From assembly GCF_006345805.1 (NCBI RefSeq), contig NC_042999.1, forward strand, positions 165,292,001-165,356,000: 64,000 nucleotides of DNA, given 5' to 3'. The position numbers were made by a program, and so were the translations under genes. The stretch is from Octopus sinensis. Lineage: Eukaryota. Each line of letters starts with the position of its first letter. The stretch's first letter is position 1. Shown one piece after another: positions 52,251-64,000 of this stretch. The notes under the pieces are model-generated. The model had not been told where the DNA came from. It saw only the letters and a list, made by a program, of their open reading frames with translations, and searched no databases.

Positions 52251-54430
52251 AAGTAGAGGTTGTATGTGTGTGCATGCGTGCGTGTTCCTTATGCATTCGA
52301 AAACTGCGTTGCCGATTTTGACGTATGGGGTATCAAAAGATTCAGTAATCTTTCGGCTACCAAATAATCTTTATTTTCATTTACACATTTGCATTACAAA
52401 AATTTAACATTATAACCTTTCTATAAGTCAACTATCGTAAACGACATTTTATGCCACCACTACCACTACGTCACTTTTTCTATATGAGTGTGTATATGTC
52501 TCTGAGTGTGTGTGTGTGTGCGTTTGCGCGTTCGTTACGTACTTTAGGCCTATGACTGAGAAGTATATGTGTGTGAATGCATGAGATGATCTATGTGTAT
52601 GAATATACATAGATTTTTGTAACGACTGACACACACACACTCATACACACACGCACATCTAAAAAGAGAGAGGCACACACGGAGGGACAGAGATGCGCCT
52701 GAGGTGTACGTGAGTGTATGTCTTTCTGTGTCTGTCTTAGTATATGTATGTGAGTGTAAAACAGACTGTATGTGTATGCGACTGTATGCGTGATAATTTT
52801 TATTCGTTAGGCCTCAGACAATTAAACACACACAGACATCTACACATACATGTACGTATGTGTGTGAGTGTGTATGTGTCTGTGAGTGTGTGTGTTTCTG
52901 CGTCCGTTATGTCTTTAGTAAACTATAGTAAAGGTAATTTTATGCTGTTTCAATGAGCCCACATCTAATGAACCCAGCCATCTTTATGGCAGGTGATCCC
53001 CGTGAAAATCGTGATATTCTTATTCGTGCTCGAGATAACAACCGTAAACGTGTTTCAGAGACTCATTCATCTTATGGTGCATTCCAGTATCCTCTTATTT
53101 TGTGGATGGGTATCATTTCAATATTCCACAGATTGAACCTGCAGCACGAGAACCAATTACAAACAAAAAAGAGGTCTTCGAATGCCTTCTATTCTTACCA
53201 ACTGATGTTAAGACCAGAACAACCAAATCCATTGCACATGTATTGTAATCTATTTCAGCAATACCTGGTTGATACGTATGCTAAAGTTGAGAATCAGCGT
53301 CTCCTCTACATTCGTAACAAACAGAAAAGTTAAGGACCAAAAATTATGTTCATCTTCAAGATACACTGAGGACAGATGGTGATACTCAAAACATGGGGTA
53401 ACTTATAATCCTCCAATCATCATTCACAGGTGGTCCTCGATATATGCTCTAGAGGTACTTGACCGTACTCTCCAAGACGTAAAATCAATAACACGCTCAT
53501 AGGAGGAGTAACAGTTCTTCTTGCAGGACATTTTCGTCAAACGTTGCCAGTTGTCCCCAAAGGATCAATAGCTGATGAGGTCAATGCATGTTAACAAAAA
53601 TCGTACCTTTGGAGACACGTGAAAAAAATGCATCGTACAAGCAACATGAGAGTACTTCAATGTGATCATACGAGCTTCTTAAGATTGGTAATGGGTTATT
53701 AACTTTCAACTCTACATGAAATTACTTGCGATCAAATGATACTTTCTCTTAGGGATCTTATGGATAAAGTACTTCCTAATTTATCTGTCAATCACACTGA
53801 TGTAAACTGGTTATGTGGAAGAGCCATACTGGTTCCAACTAATGAAACGGTTGATAAACTCAATCATGAACTTCTTCAAAAGTTAACAGATCCATCAGAA
53901 ATGTCTTTTCGATCAACTGACAACAGTCAATCAAGATCAGGTTGTTCAATGCCCTGTTGAATTTCTGAACACACTTAAACCCACTGGGATGCCACCGCAT
54001 AACCTGACGCTAAAACTGTGTGCTCCCATAATGTTGCTTAGGAATCTTGACCCATCTCACCTGCGTGAGGGAATTCACTTAATTGTTACCTCCATGAAGC
54101 CCCATGTACTTCAGGCAACACTCATAACAGGTAGTCACAAGGAGGAAATGTCTTTATTCCAAAAACTCCTCTCATACCTACGTATGTTCCATTTGAATTT
54201 AAGACGCTTCAATTTCCAGTCAAACTAATTTTTGGTATTACATTTAACAAATCTCAGTGTCAATCCTTCAAGCTAGTTGGACTTGATCTCTCTATAACAT
54301 GCTTCTCCCACGGGCAACGCTATGTTGCTTGCTCTCGAGTTCGAAGCAGTAACAATTTATTAATTTCGACACCAACAAAAAAGTCCAGAATGCATATTGT
54401 TTACCCTGGGGTGCTTCAACATTGACAGAT
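52250..54430 (+). mobile_element. Internally deleted Helitron (Rep-PIF1 helicase pseudogene at 52945-54423)
   Basis: FQYPL, LFQQYLVDTYAKVENQRLLYIR, SSFTGGPRYM joined to LDRTLQD..GGVTVLLAGHFRQTLPVVP, MPPHNLTLK..IMLLRNLDP, NKSQ, SHGQRYVACSRV. The 5' end resembles a Helitron head. Confidence 0.88.
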
Positions 54431-55199
54431 TTTCAGTTCAAAATTCTGTTATCATTACCATTTGAATATTGCTCAATAAAATCTAGAAATTTTGAAATAA
54501 ATATGAGACTATATCTTTATATTTATTGTGCTTGCCTGTCCATGTTTGTGTATTTTCTATGTATGCGTGTGTGAGCGTGTGTTTGTATATGTATGCACCT
54601 CTGTCTCCTTGTGTGTGCATGTCTGTGTGTGTGTGTGTTATGTAACTATGTACCATGTTTATATGTATGAATGTGCATCTTTATATGTGTGGATCCGTGT
54701 CTCCATATGTGTCTGTTCCTATAGTCTATATACCTATCCGTCTGTATATTGATCTGTTTATTTACATATCTAACATACAAACACATGCAAACACACAGAC
54801 ACATACATACGTACATGCGTGCACACACGCACACACACTCACCCACACACATGCGCACAAACAAACATACAAACACATGCAAACACACACATACATACGT
54901 ACATGCGTGCACACACGCACACACACTGACCCTCACACATGCGCACAAGCAAACAAAAGGGAACGCAGTATATTGTAATTGTTGTGTGAGAAAGTATATA
55001 CACTATGATTATAAAATATAGTGTCTTTCAAAAACAAAAAACAAAACATTTTACATTTTATTTTTTATGAACGTCATAACCTACTCTCTCTCTGTCTCTC
55101 CCTCTCTCACTTTGTCTTTCACCTGAAACTCTCTGCCTCTTTCTTCCACTTTTCTTTATCTTTTTTCTTTGTTAGACGCCATCAAAAAAGCCAAGGCTG

Positions 55200-55401
55200 A
55201 TATTTTTCGTGGCTAAAAGCTATGGCTGAAAATAGATTTTTCCCGGTATCCGCGGGCGCTTCGGGAAAAAACTAAGTTGACAAAACCCAGATAGGGTGTT
55301 GACAAATGTCCTAAAATTTGAGCGACATGCGTGCTAATTTGTGGATGTGCATAAATTAAAATCACGTACACACACACACACACATCATACCTTTTATAGA
55401 T

Positions 55402-55440
<39 letters not shown>
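55200..55440 (-). mobile_element. Possible non-autonomous Helitron-like head
   Basis: Minus strand CATCTATAAAAGG..(TG)n..CAAATT..CCCG..CCGCGG resembles the layout of Lep1-type Helitron 5' regions. Confidence 0.35.
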
Positions 55441-55445
<5 letters not shown>

Positions 55446-55576
55446 TTTCACTATTGAAATTGAAAGTATTACACATTACAGTAGAGAGATGTTATTGTTT
55501 CACTTTTGACACGTACTACTGCTTGTTCGTACACCTGTCTTCATCTTTTGTTTTCTGTAAATTTGAACTATACACT

Positions 55577-55641
<65 letters not shown>

Positions 55642-56393
55642 GCAAATTTATACAAATTTCACTACCAGTGGCCTAGCATGTATAAAAAGTCAATAGACAT
55701 ATTATTCAATATAAATAGTGTACATTTAAACACAAGAGAAGCAGGTGTATTAGTTTAACGCTCAGGAACAATGGAAAAGTTGGCCAATAAAATTTATGAA
55801 CATAAAAACATTAGTGGGCATTATGAGAGGAGAAAGACAGCAGAATTTGAGGTTCTGCTGGTCTTGTTATTTAGCTCCACATCACACCTGATCAATCAAA
55901 CATAATACCCTATGGCAAACCAATCGAAAGAGTTTATTGAAATTAATTGCTTCTTCTCTCAGTCATTAATATCAACTTCTTGAATTCTGCTTCAAAATAT
56001 TATTTTGGAAACTCCTGAAGGGAAGAATTTGATCCTCGACCGAAAACAAAAATACTTCCGTCTCAATTTTCAGCAATCTGTGCTGCTTTTTTTCTTTGTT
56101 TTTTTCTCCTTCTTCTTCTTCTTGTAAATATTGTCTGTACTAACTTTTGCAGCATTATTTGTAACACAACGTAATTGTCTTTCTCCACTTTTGTTTTCTA
56201 ACCTACGATCACGACCCCCCCCCTCTATCTATCCATCTATCTCTCTCCCTCTCTCTCTCACTTGCTCTTTCTCTCTCCCTCTCTCTCTCACTTGCTCTTT
56301 CTCTCTCCCTCTCTCTCTCTCTTTCCATCTCTATCTACCTGGTTCTCTCTCTCTCGTTCTCTCTCCCTCTTTCTCTCTCTTTCTCGTTCTCTT

Positions 56394-56424
<31 letters not shown>

Positions 56425-56757
56425 TCTATATATATATATTATATTATATATCTATATACTACTACAAAATTAGAGAATGGAGAATATACTTAATCAGTAA
56501 ACCATCAACTATCCGATGATACTCAATCCATACTTAATACACTTACATATGAGTAAAGGCAATACATAAAATGAAATGAGATATACAGTAATAGTAAAAG
56601 TATATATAGTAAAAAATTTTTTTCAAATATATATGCAAATAAATCAAAACTGACAGCTGTTCGGCAGTGAGGACAGTCATACCCATTACCTATAAGCCAT
56701 AAAGGCAGGTATATTATCCCATGGTGGGTTGAATTTTCAACCCCTATCTCATTTATA

Positions 56758-56799
<42 letters not shown>

Positions 56800-56803
56800 T
56801 AAT

Positions 56804-57192
56804 AGGCGCAGGAGTGGCTGTGTGGTAAGTAGCTTGCTAACCAACCACATGGTTCCGGGTTCAGTCCCACTGCGTGGCATCTTGGGCAAGTGTCTTCTGC
56901 TATATCCCCGGGCCGACCAATGCCTTGTGAGTGGATTTGGTAGACGGAAACTGAAAGAAGCTTGTCGTATATATGTATATATGTATGTGTGTCTGTGTTT
57001 GTCCCCCTAGCATTGCTTGACAACCGATGCTGGTGTGTTTACGTCCCCGTCACTTAGCGATTCGGCAAAAGAGACCGATAGAATAAGTACTGGGCTTACA
57101 AAGAATAAATCCCGGGGTCGATTTGCTCGACTACAAGCGGTGCTCCAGCATGGCCGCAGTCAAATGACTGAAACAAGTAAAAGAGTAAAAGA

Positions 57193-57193
<1 letters not shown>
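56804..57193 (+). mobile_element. SINE family B, full length
   Basis: A box TGGCTGTGTGG, B box GGTTCAGTCC, CORE-like TTGGGCAAGTGTCTT, internal TA/TG tract, AAGAGT tail. Consistent with described octopus tRNA-derived SINEs; exact family not assigned. Confidence 0.92.
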
Positions 57194-57226
<33 letters not shown>

Positions 57227-58489
57227 CAATAGGTGAATGAATTATCCTATGTTTATCGTCAGCATGGAAAATTCGTTAACATCTTCGTTCGACTCCATTC
57301 TTTCATTTATTTATATATATATATTTTTCTCTCTCGCTCTCTCTCTCTCTCTCTCTTTCTCTCTTTCTCTCCCTCCTTCCCTCCCACTCTCTCTCTCTCT
57401 CTTTGTCCTACCACCGGCTTTATCTAGTTCCTCACTTTCCCTTTCCTTCCTTTTCTTTTATCATCTCTCTAAGTCTATCTCCTGCCTCTCTTCCTTCCGA
57501 CAAGGCATTCCCACTTTCTTCAAACTACTTTCACTTTCTGTTTTAGACCTCTTTCTCCATTCTCTTTTGCCATGACATTATGTTAGTCGTCGGCTACACT
57601 ATCATAATGTAACTTAAAATGTTCTTTTCTCTTCCATTTCTTCAAACTTAATTATCTATCTACTTTATTCCTGATGAAGGTGACATTGTCACTGTGAAAC
57701 TAAAGGATTCATACACTTGTTGACTAACGAACTCCAGAAACGGCCGTTGAATTGCTTCATATATGATACTATAACACTCTATAAACATTTCATCTGGACT
57801 GTTCTAAACATTTAAATCCATCGACAGCAGAAGCAGGGAAGGCTGGACAAAAAAGACGAAGAGGCGCCTGAACTTATATACGGAGTGGAAAAGAATCCAG
57901 AGTGGAGACCAGAAGATGCGAACTCCAGCGAGCATAAAGGGATCATCATTTTTTAAATATGAAATCAATAGAGGTAGAGAAGGCAATATGTAAGTGGAAG
58001 AATTTAATTAGAGTGAAACTACCTAAAGGGAGATTCGGAGAAGAAGAAAGGTGTGTATTGGTGAATGAGGAAATGAGCGACAACCTATGGAAATATTGCA
58101 CTGAATTTATCATAAGGTTTCACGGGCCGGTGTACTTTAATGGAAGGTCGCCGGTTGTGGATTATAAAAGGATCGAGAATTACAGGAAAAATGTAATTAA
58201 TTATGAACATTTTTGGAAAAAAAGGAAAAAAGTCGTGAACTTTACTCGAGAAAAATGTGTTCTTAAAAAAGAATGAGAAAAAAAGAAGAGAAAGACCGTC
58301 TAAATGTAAGCACTCGACTTCGGGGTTCGAGTGGGCATTTCGCCTCATTTCATCATCTTTTCATAATTCATTCGTTTCTTTTGGTTTTACTTCTTTTCTC
58401 AAATTTCTATTTTATAATTTTAGTTCCCCGATTCCCCAAAGTTATGTTTCGTTGTGTATTGTCTGTATGTGTTGTATTTACTGCAGAAT

Positions 58490-58930
58490 AATATTATCAT
58501 GAAATTGCCAAAATGAACGAAAAACTGCTACTCCTCCGTCCCATACTGGTCAACGGAAGAGGGTCAATCATTCTTCATGACAATGCTCGACCACACGTTT
58601 CACTAATGACGCTCCAGATGTTGAGGGAACTTGGCTATGAAGTTTTTCCCCACCCAGTTTATTCCCTAGATCTTTCTCCTACCGACTATCACTTTTTCAA
58701 TCACCTTGATGATTTCCCGCGAGAGAAGTTCAAAAATCAAACCGATGCTGAAAGTGCGTTCAAAGAGTTCATCAGCTCCAGAACTCCAGATTTTTATGTT
58801 ACCGGAATAAACAAACTTTTTGACAAAAATGTGTTGATTGTAATGGTCTTTACTTTGATGAATAAAATTTCCGCATTGTTGAAATATATTGTGATAAATT
58901 TTGTTTCAAAACGTTGCTTACTTTTTACTC
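58490..58930 (+). mobile_element. Mariner transposase 3' fragment (DD34D, cecropia/Hsmar1-like)
   Basis: ILHDNARPH..PHPVYSLDLSPTDYHFF..FYVTGINKL. Confidence 0.88.
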
Positions 58931-59339
58931 AGCTTCACAATTATGATGCCTTCTGTTTGAAATCGTTCTTTTCATTCTAATTTGTTTACTTTTTTTGAGA
59001 AGAGATCCCGAATCAATGCAACAAAGAGAAACACTACTGAGTAGAAAAATAGTTCATTTAGAATAATTAAGTAAATCGGTTAAGTAGCTTGAAGAAAATA
59101 AGTAAGCTTCTCAGGAAATAAAACAACAAGTGTAAGAAAAAATATTTTAGGGTCTATAATTTGTTCTTTGTTATTAGTGGGTTTTTGTAGGAGATTTTGT
59201 TTGTTTATTTGTTCGTTGGAGTGGGTTGTGCATTTTTATGATGCTTCACCAAAACCTATTCGGAATTGTTTGGATGCATCCAACATTCACGGAGAAGCAA
59301 AAGAGCGCCGACCTTTTTTTAAAGCAATCTCTCCGAAAT

Positions 59340-59710
59340 ATGGTGTCAAATCTTGGCACAAGGCCAGCAATTTCGAGGCTAAGTCGATTACATCGACGCT
59401 AGTGCTTCACTGGTACTTATGTTATCGACTCCGAAAGGATGGGAGGAAAAGTATGTATGAATGTATGCATGTATGTAAGCATGTATATATGTATGTATAT
59501 ATATCTGTGTGTTTGCGTTAGTGTTTGTCCTCTACTTGACAACTGGTGTTGGTTTGTTTACATCCCCATAGCAGTTCAGCAAAAGGAGACCAATAAAATG
59601 AATAACAAACTTTGAAAAATAAAATAGAATCGATTTGCTCGACTTAACTCTTCGAGAGAGTGCCCTAGCATGGCTGCAGCCTAATAACTGAAATAAGTAA
59701 AAGATAAACG
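59340..59710. mobile_element. Juxtaposed SINE A 3' fragment (minus) and SINE B 3' half (plus)
   Basis: 59340-59445 matches the family A tail; 59500-59710 matches the family B 3' half. Confidence 0.75.
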
Positions 59711-59746
59711 GTATATGTTTGCATGTAAATGCATGTATGCATGTGT

Positions 59747-59820
<74 letters not shown>

Positions 59821-60025
59821 TAAGAAAGGACACTGAGCCAACCAAGAATATGAGAAATTTTGACAAGTGGCTATGAAAATTTTTCACTAGTTACCAATAT
59901 CTGGATCAGAAGTCCTGTATATATCGATTACTGCTACCTAGCGTGTATAAACACTTCAGGTAAAGGCAAAAGTAAGGAAGTAAAAGATGTTGATATTAAA
60001 GCAAAACAGTATATAATAATAATAA

Positions 60026-60056
<31 letters not shown>

Positions 60057-60405
60057 AAGAAGAAGAAGAAGAAGAAGAACAACAACAACAACAATAACAA
60101 CAACAACAACAACAACAACAACAATAATAATAATAACAACAACGACAACAACAACAACAACAACAATAATAATAATAATAATAGCTCAACACCAGAAATA
60201 TGATATATGGATCTTTTGCTCAAATGTGACAAACAGGAAGTAAATTATTTACATAACGGAAATACACAAATATACATATGAAAAACGATTTTGAATTGAT
60301 TCTCTATTGATATTGAATTATTACTTACGGTAAATGTTTTTATTTCTGTTGCACTCATACAAACACACTCAAACACACTCAAACACACACACACTCAAAC
60401 ACACT

Positions 60406-60460
<55 letters not shown>

Positions 60461-60569
60461 ACGCACGCAAACAAACACGCGCGAGTGCACATGGAATTTT
60501 AGTTATATCGGACAAATGAGAGGTCAGTGCCCAATATATTTTGTACAGCCTATGGTTTATTGAAACTAG

Positions 60570-61100
60570 ACTTTTATCTTGGAAGTCGAGTTTCACGCCA
60601 TGAAAATCATCCGGCAAGAACTATTGCGACTCTGTTGTATTTGCTTACTGGTTTGCATTTTGTATTTGTTTATTGGTTGTTACTTTTCTGCTTTTTCTAT
60701 GGTTATTTCTTTATTTAGACGGTGTGTAGGATTTTTAATTTGCTTATTTATTCTAACATTATCTGTTAATTTAGTTATAGCAGCTCTTTTGGGCTTTTTT
60801 TTTTATGGCATTGTGTTTACAAATGTCATGAAGTGATTTTTAAAGAAGCTAATTTGTGAGTTTAACAGGGAAACTACTGAAGGAGGAGTCTGTTGTAAAA
60901 GGAGTTTCGTGGCTGCCTGATGCTTACGTGGCTTTAAACGGTGTTTGTGTTTATTTCAATGAGTGCATGTCTTGGAGTGTCTTTTATGGTGTGTGCGAAC
61001 GTGTTTCGGTAAATATTCCATATGCCTGTTGATGTATGTTTGTCATAGTTGATTTGTTTTGGCCAGATTATTTTGGACCATTACTTACTGTATGACATAG
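60570..61100 (-). mobile_element. Possible PLE GIY-YIG/3' terminal remnant
   Basis: Weak YIGxT..F.xR..H-like remnants on the minus strand, ending in a decayed CGGAUGA..GAAACUCGA motif. Confidence 0.3.
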
Positions 61101-61622
61101 ATGTAATACATAAGTACTTGTGTGTGTTCAAATATAGTTCTATAGTCAGTAGACCATAACTTGGCTTCCACAGACAGCTTCCAATACACACTAAGTACGC
61201 GCGAGCAACACATTGTCATTGTCACTACAATTACTACTATGTCTGTTACTAACCTCTGCCAGCAAATAAAGTCTGCGAATATTATTCTTCTCTCTTCGAT
61301 GTTGTTATTACACTGTCTCATCCTACTTTCGACCATCTACATATAGTGACCCCGGAGTGGAACAAGAATCGCTATTTCTTGTAACTTTTCATCTGTGCGC
61401 TGCAATTGGTAACTCCGACATATGAACCACATCCGTCCGCTACACTTGGTGACCCCGTCCATTACACTTACATATATTTATATACACATGCGCATATACG
61501 TATAGATACACACACACACAAACACAAACATACATACACACAAACATACATACATACATACATACATACATACGTACATACATACATACACACAAACATA
61601 CATACATACACACAAACATATA

Positions 61623-61653
<31 letters not shown>

Positions 61654-61842
61654 TTATACATCCGTTTTATGCAACAGAAGCAATATTCTAAGTAAATTTA
61701 CTGCGGTTTTCATCTGGAGATAATATCTCTTATAGAGTTTAAAAGCACAATATACATTGGAGGAAGGCGAAAATCATCCAACCAGCACAGCAGCTGATGT
61801 CTACTATGTATATTATCTGTCAGCTCCAGACAGCACTTCACC

Positions 61843-61877
<35 letters not shown>

Positions 61878-62100
61878 TTAAGAAGCTTCTTGCACACGAG
61901 CTTCCAATTCTTTTCCTTCCTCCTGTCGTACATTTGTTGGCAGGCGAGTGTAAGAGTACTGGACAAAAGAGAAAGTTGCTGTATAAATTGTCTGTTACCC
62001 ACAATGCAAACTCTTTGCTCACTTAGTGGATAAAAAAGTATTTGACTATCTTCTAGTTTAGAAAACTATGTTATTAATTTTTTTATATAAACACCCCTTT

Positions 62101-62557
62101 TACTTTTTACATGTTTCAGTCATTAGACTGCGGTCATACTGGGGCATTGCCTTGAAGAATTTTTAGTTGAATGAATCAACCCCAGGACTGATTTTTTATT
62201 GAGCCTGGTACTTATTCTATCGGTTCCTTTTGCCCAACCGCTATGATACGGGGACGTGAACACATCAACACTGGTTGTCAAGCAGTGGCAGGGGGGGGGC
62301 AAACGATAGAAACATATGTGTGTGTGTGTGTGTTTCTGTATCCGTGTATATACATATGTGTGTGTACGTAAATATATATAACCACACACCCACATATATA
62401 AACACACACAGTTTCCGCCGACCACATCCACTCACAAATCTCTGGTCAACCCGAGGCTATAGTTGAAGACACTGCCCAAGGTGCCACGCAGTGGGACTGA
62501 ACCTGGAACTATGTGGTTGGGAAGAAGGCTTCTTAACACGCAGCCACACTTGCACCT
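62101..62557 (-). mobile_element. SINE family B, full length
   Basis: Reverse complement of the family B head, CORE-like block, internal microsatellite and tail. Confidence 0.9.
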
Positions 62558-62633
62558 ATCTTTAATACATTTTTACACTTTACATGTTTGTGTATATGTA
62601 AGTGTGTGTTTGTGTGTGTGTGTGTGCATGCGT

Positions 62634-62833
<200 letters not shown>

Positions 62834-63497
62834 GGTTCGGGTTATTTCATGGACAAACTGCCCTCAAAAATGACTATTTGCCGTAAAATGCACTGTGAAT
62901 AAAAAAATATCATAGGCAAGTAATTTGTGAATTTCTAAGCAAAATGCAAAAGTTACGTTTGGAATCGAAAGTATACCAAGATTTCGATATAGATAGAGTT
63001 TATTTCAAATATATAGTATTGGCATGTTCTTAGTGAGCTGAATTAACAACTTGATTTCGAATCCTAATTATAACTATTTCAATTTATTTATGCTAATAAT
63101 ACCTCTTGGAAGGAGGCCATTTTCTCACATTTTGAACTTGCCTTGCTCTCTATGCCATTAACTTCTAGCAACGTGAGTTCCAAGACACAGCAAATTCTCT
63201 TAAAATATATTGTGTTGCAATTTGTGGATTCACTTTACCAGTCATTTAGGCGTCTAGATTTAACTGCATTTGGAAAGAAGAAAGGTACGAGAGGCCAGTT
63301 CCAAACAAACGTATTTTATGGGGAGATCTATATGTTAGGGGGAAAAAACATTGTAAAACAAGTAGAGGTTTGGGAATATTAGAAGCAGCTACAAAAAGGC
63401 TTTAATGTACAAAAAATCAATCAAAGCAAATTCAACAATGTTCACAGAAACATTGTCTTCTAGATAGTTATCGTCGGTTCACGGACAGCAATTGTGT

Positions 63498-63541
<44 letters not shown>

Positions 63542-63834
63542 TGCTTATAGATGAGAAAAGAAGTATTCAGTACGCAGTGGAGTTTCCAAAGTGAATGCCG
63601 CCTGGGGCAACCATTCTGCTTGCCTCTCCTTCATTTGACAGCTGCATTGAAGACACCGCTACCCACCTCCACCGCGGAAGAGTAGAGCAAACCTTTCCTT
63701 TGAATGCAAATGTACACTGTCCCCACAACGGCAGATACCTAACAACGTATATTTGGCCTAGGAAAACGACGAAGATTACATCCGTAATCTTCAACATTCA
63801 ACTGGTTTCAAAGATAAGTATTTTTCGTATGTGT

Positions 63835-63962
63835 TCGCCTTCAGAAAACTCTGAGTTCAATCCCACCGCGTAGCGCTTTGGGCAAGTGTCTTCTACTATA
63901 GCACCGGGCCGAGCAAAGCCTGTGAGTGGATTTGGTTGACGGAAACTGTGTGGAAGACGCCT
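63835..63962 (+). mobile_element. SINE family B, 5' part
   Basis: GAGTTCAATCCCAC..TTGGGCAAGTGTCTTCTACTATAGC..GTGAGTGGATTTGGT.GACGGAAACTG. Confidence 0.85.
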
Positions 63963-64000
63963 GCATATATATATATATACATACATATATATATATTATA

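Noticed and set aside
54770-54955. CRISPR-like or functional direct repeat
   Set aside because: A simple tandem duplication of about 90 bp of CA-rich sequence; no constant repeat with unique spacers occurs anywhere in the window.

Overview
Eukaryotic, AT-rich, repeat-saturated DNA, most likely from a cephalopod (Octopus). This is inferred from the dense TA/TACA/AAT/AAAG microsatellites and the multi-copy tRNA-derived SINE families. No host gene can be called with confidence, and most ORFs in the supplied track are translations of microsatellites. The window is a transposon graveyard. Retroelements: a young CR1-clade LINE, two RTE fragments, a tandem cluster of three R4/Dong-type RLE elements tied to (AAT)n tracts, a second RLE family, Penelope-like (PLE) remnants and three SINE families. 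DNA elements: a full-length DD34D mariner carrying a nested 99-bp mini-MITE, a DD37D maT-like element, an internally deleted Helitron, MULE remnants and several MITE/foldback elements. There is one 100-N gap. The most interesting signal is a set of minimal type I hammerhead ribozyme motifs in dispersed PLE-like terminal repeats. One copy has a canonical core (3217-3251). Three related copies share an A6-to-U change in the core but keep stems I-III, with covariation against the canonical copy. Further degenerate hammerhead families with palindromic stem III are present. All family assignments were made by eye from motifs, without database searches.
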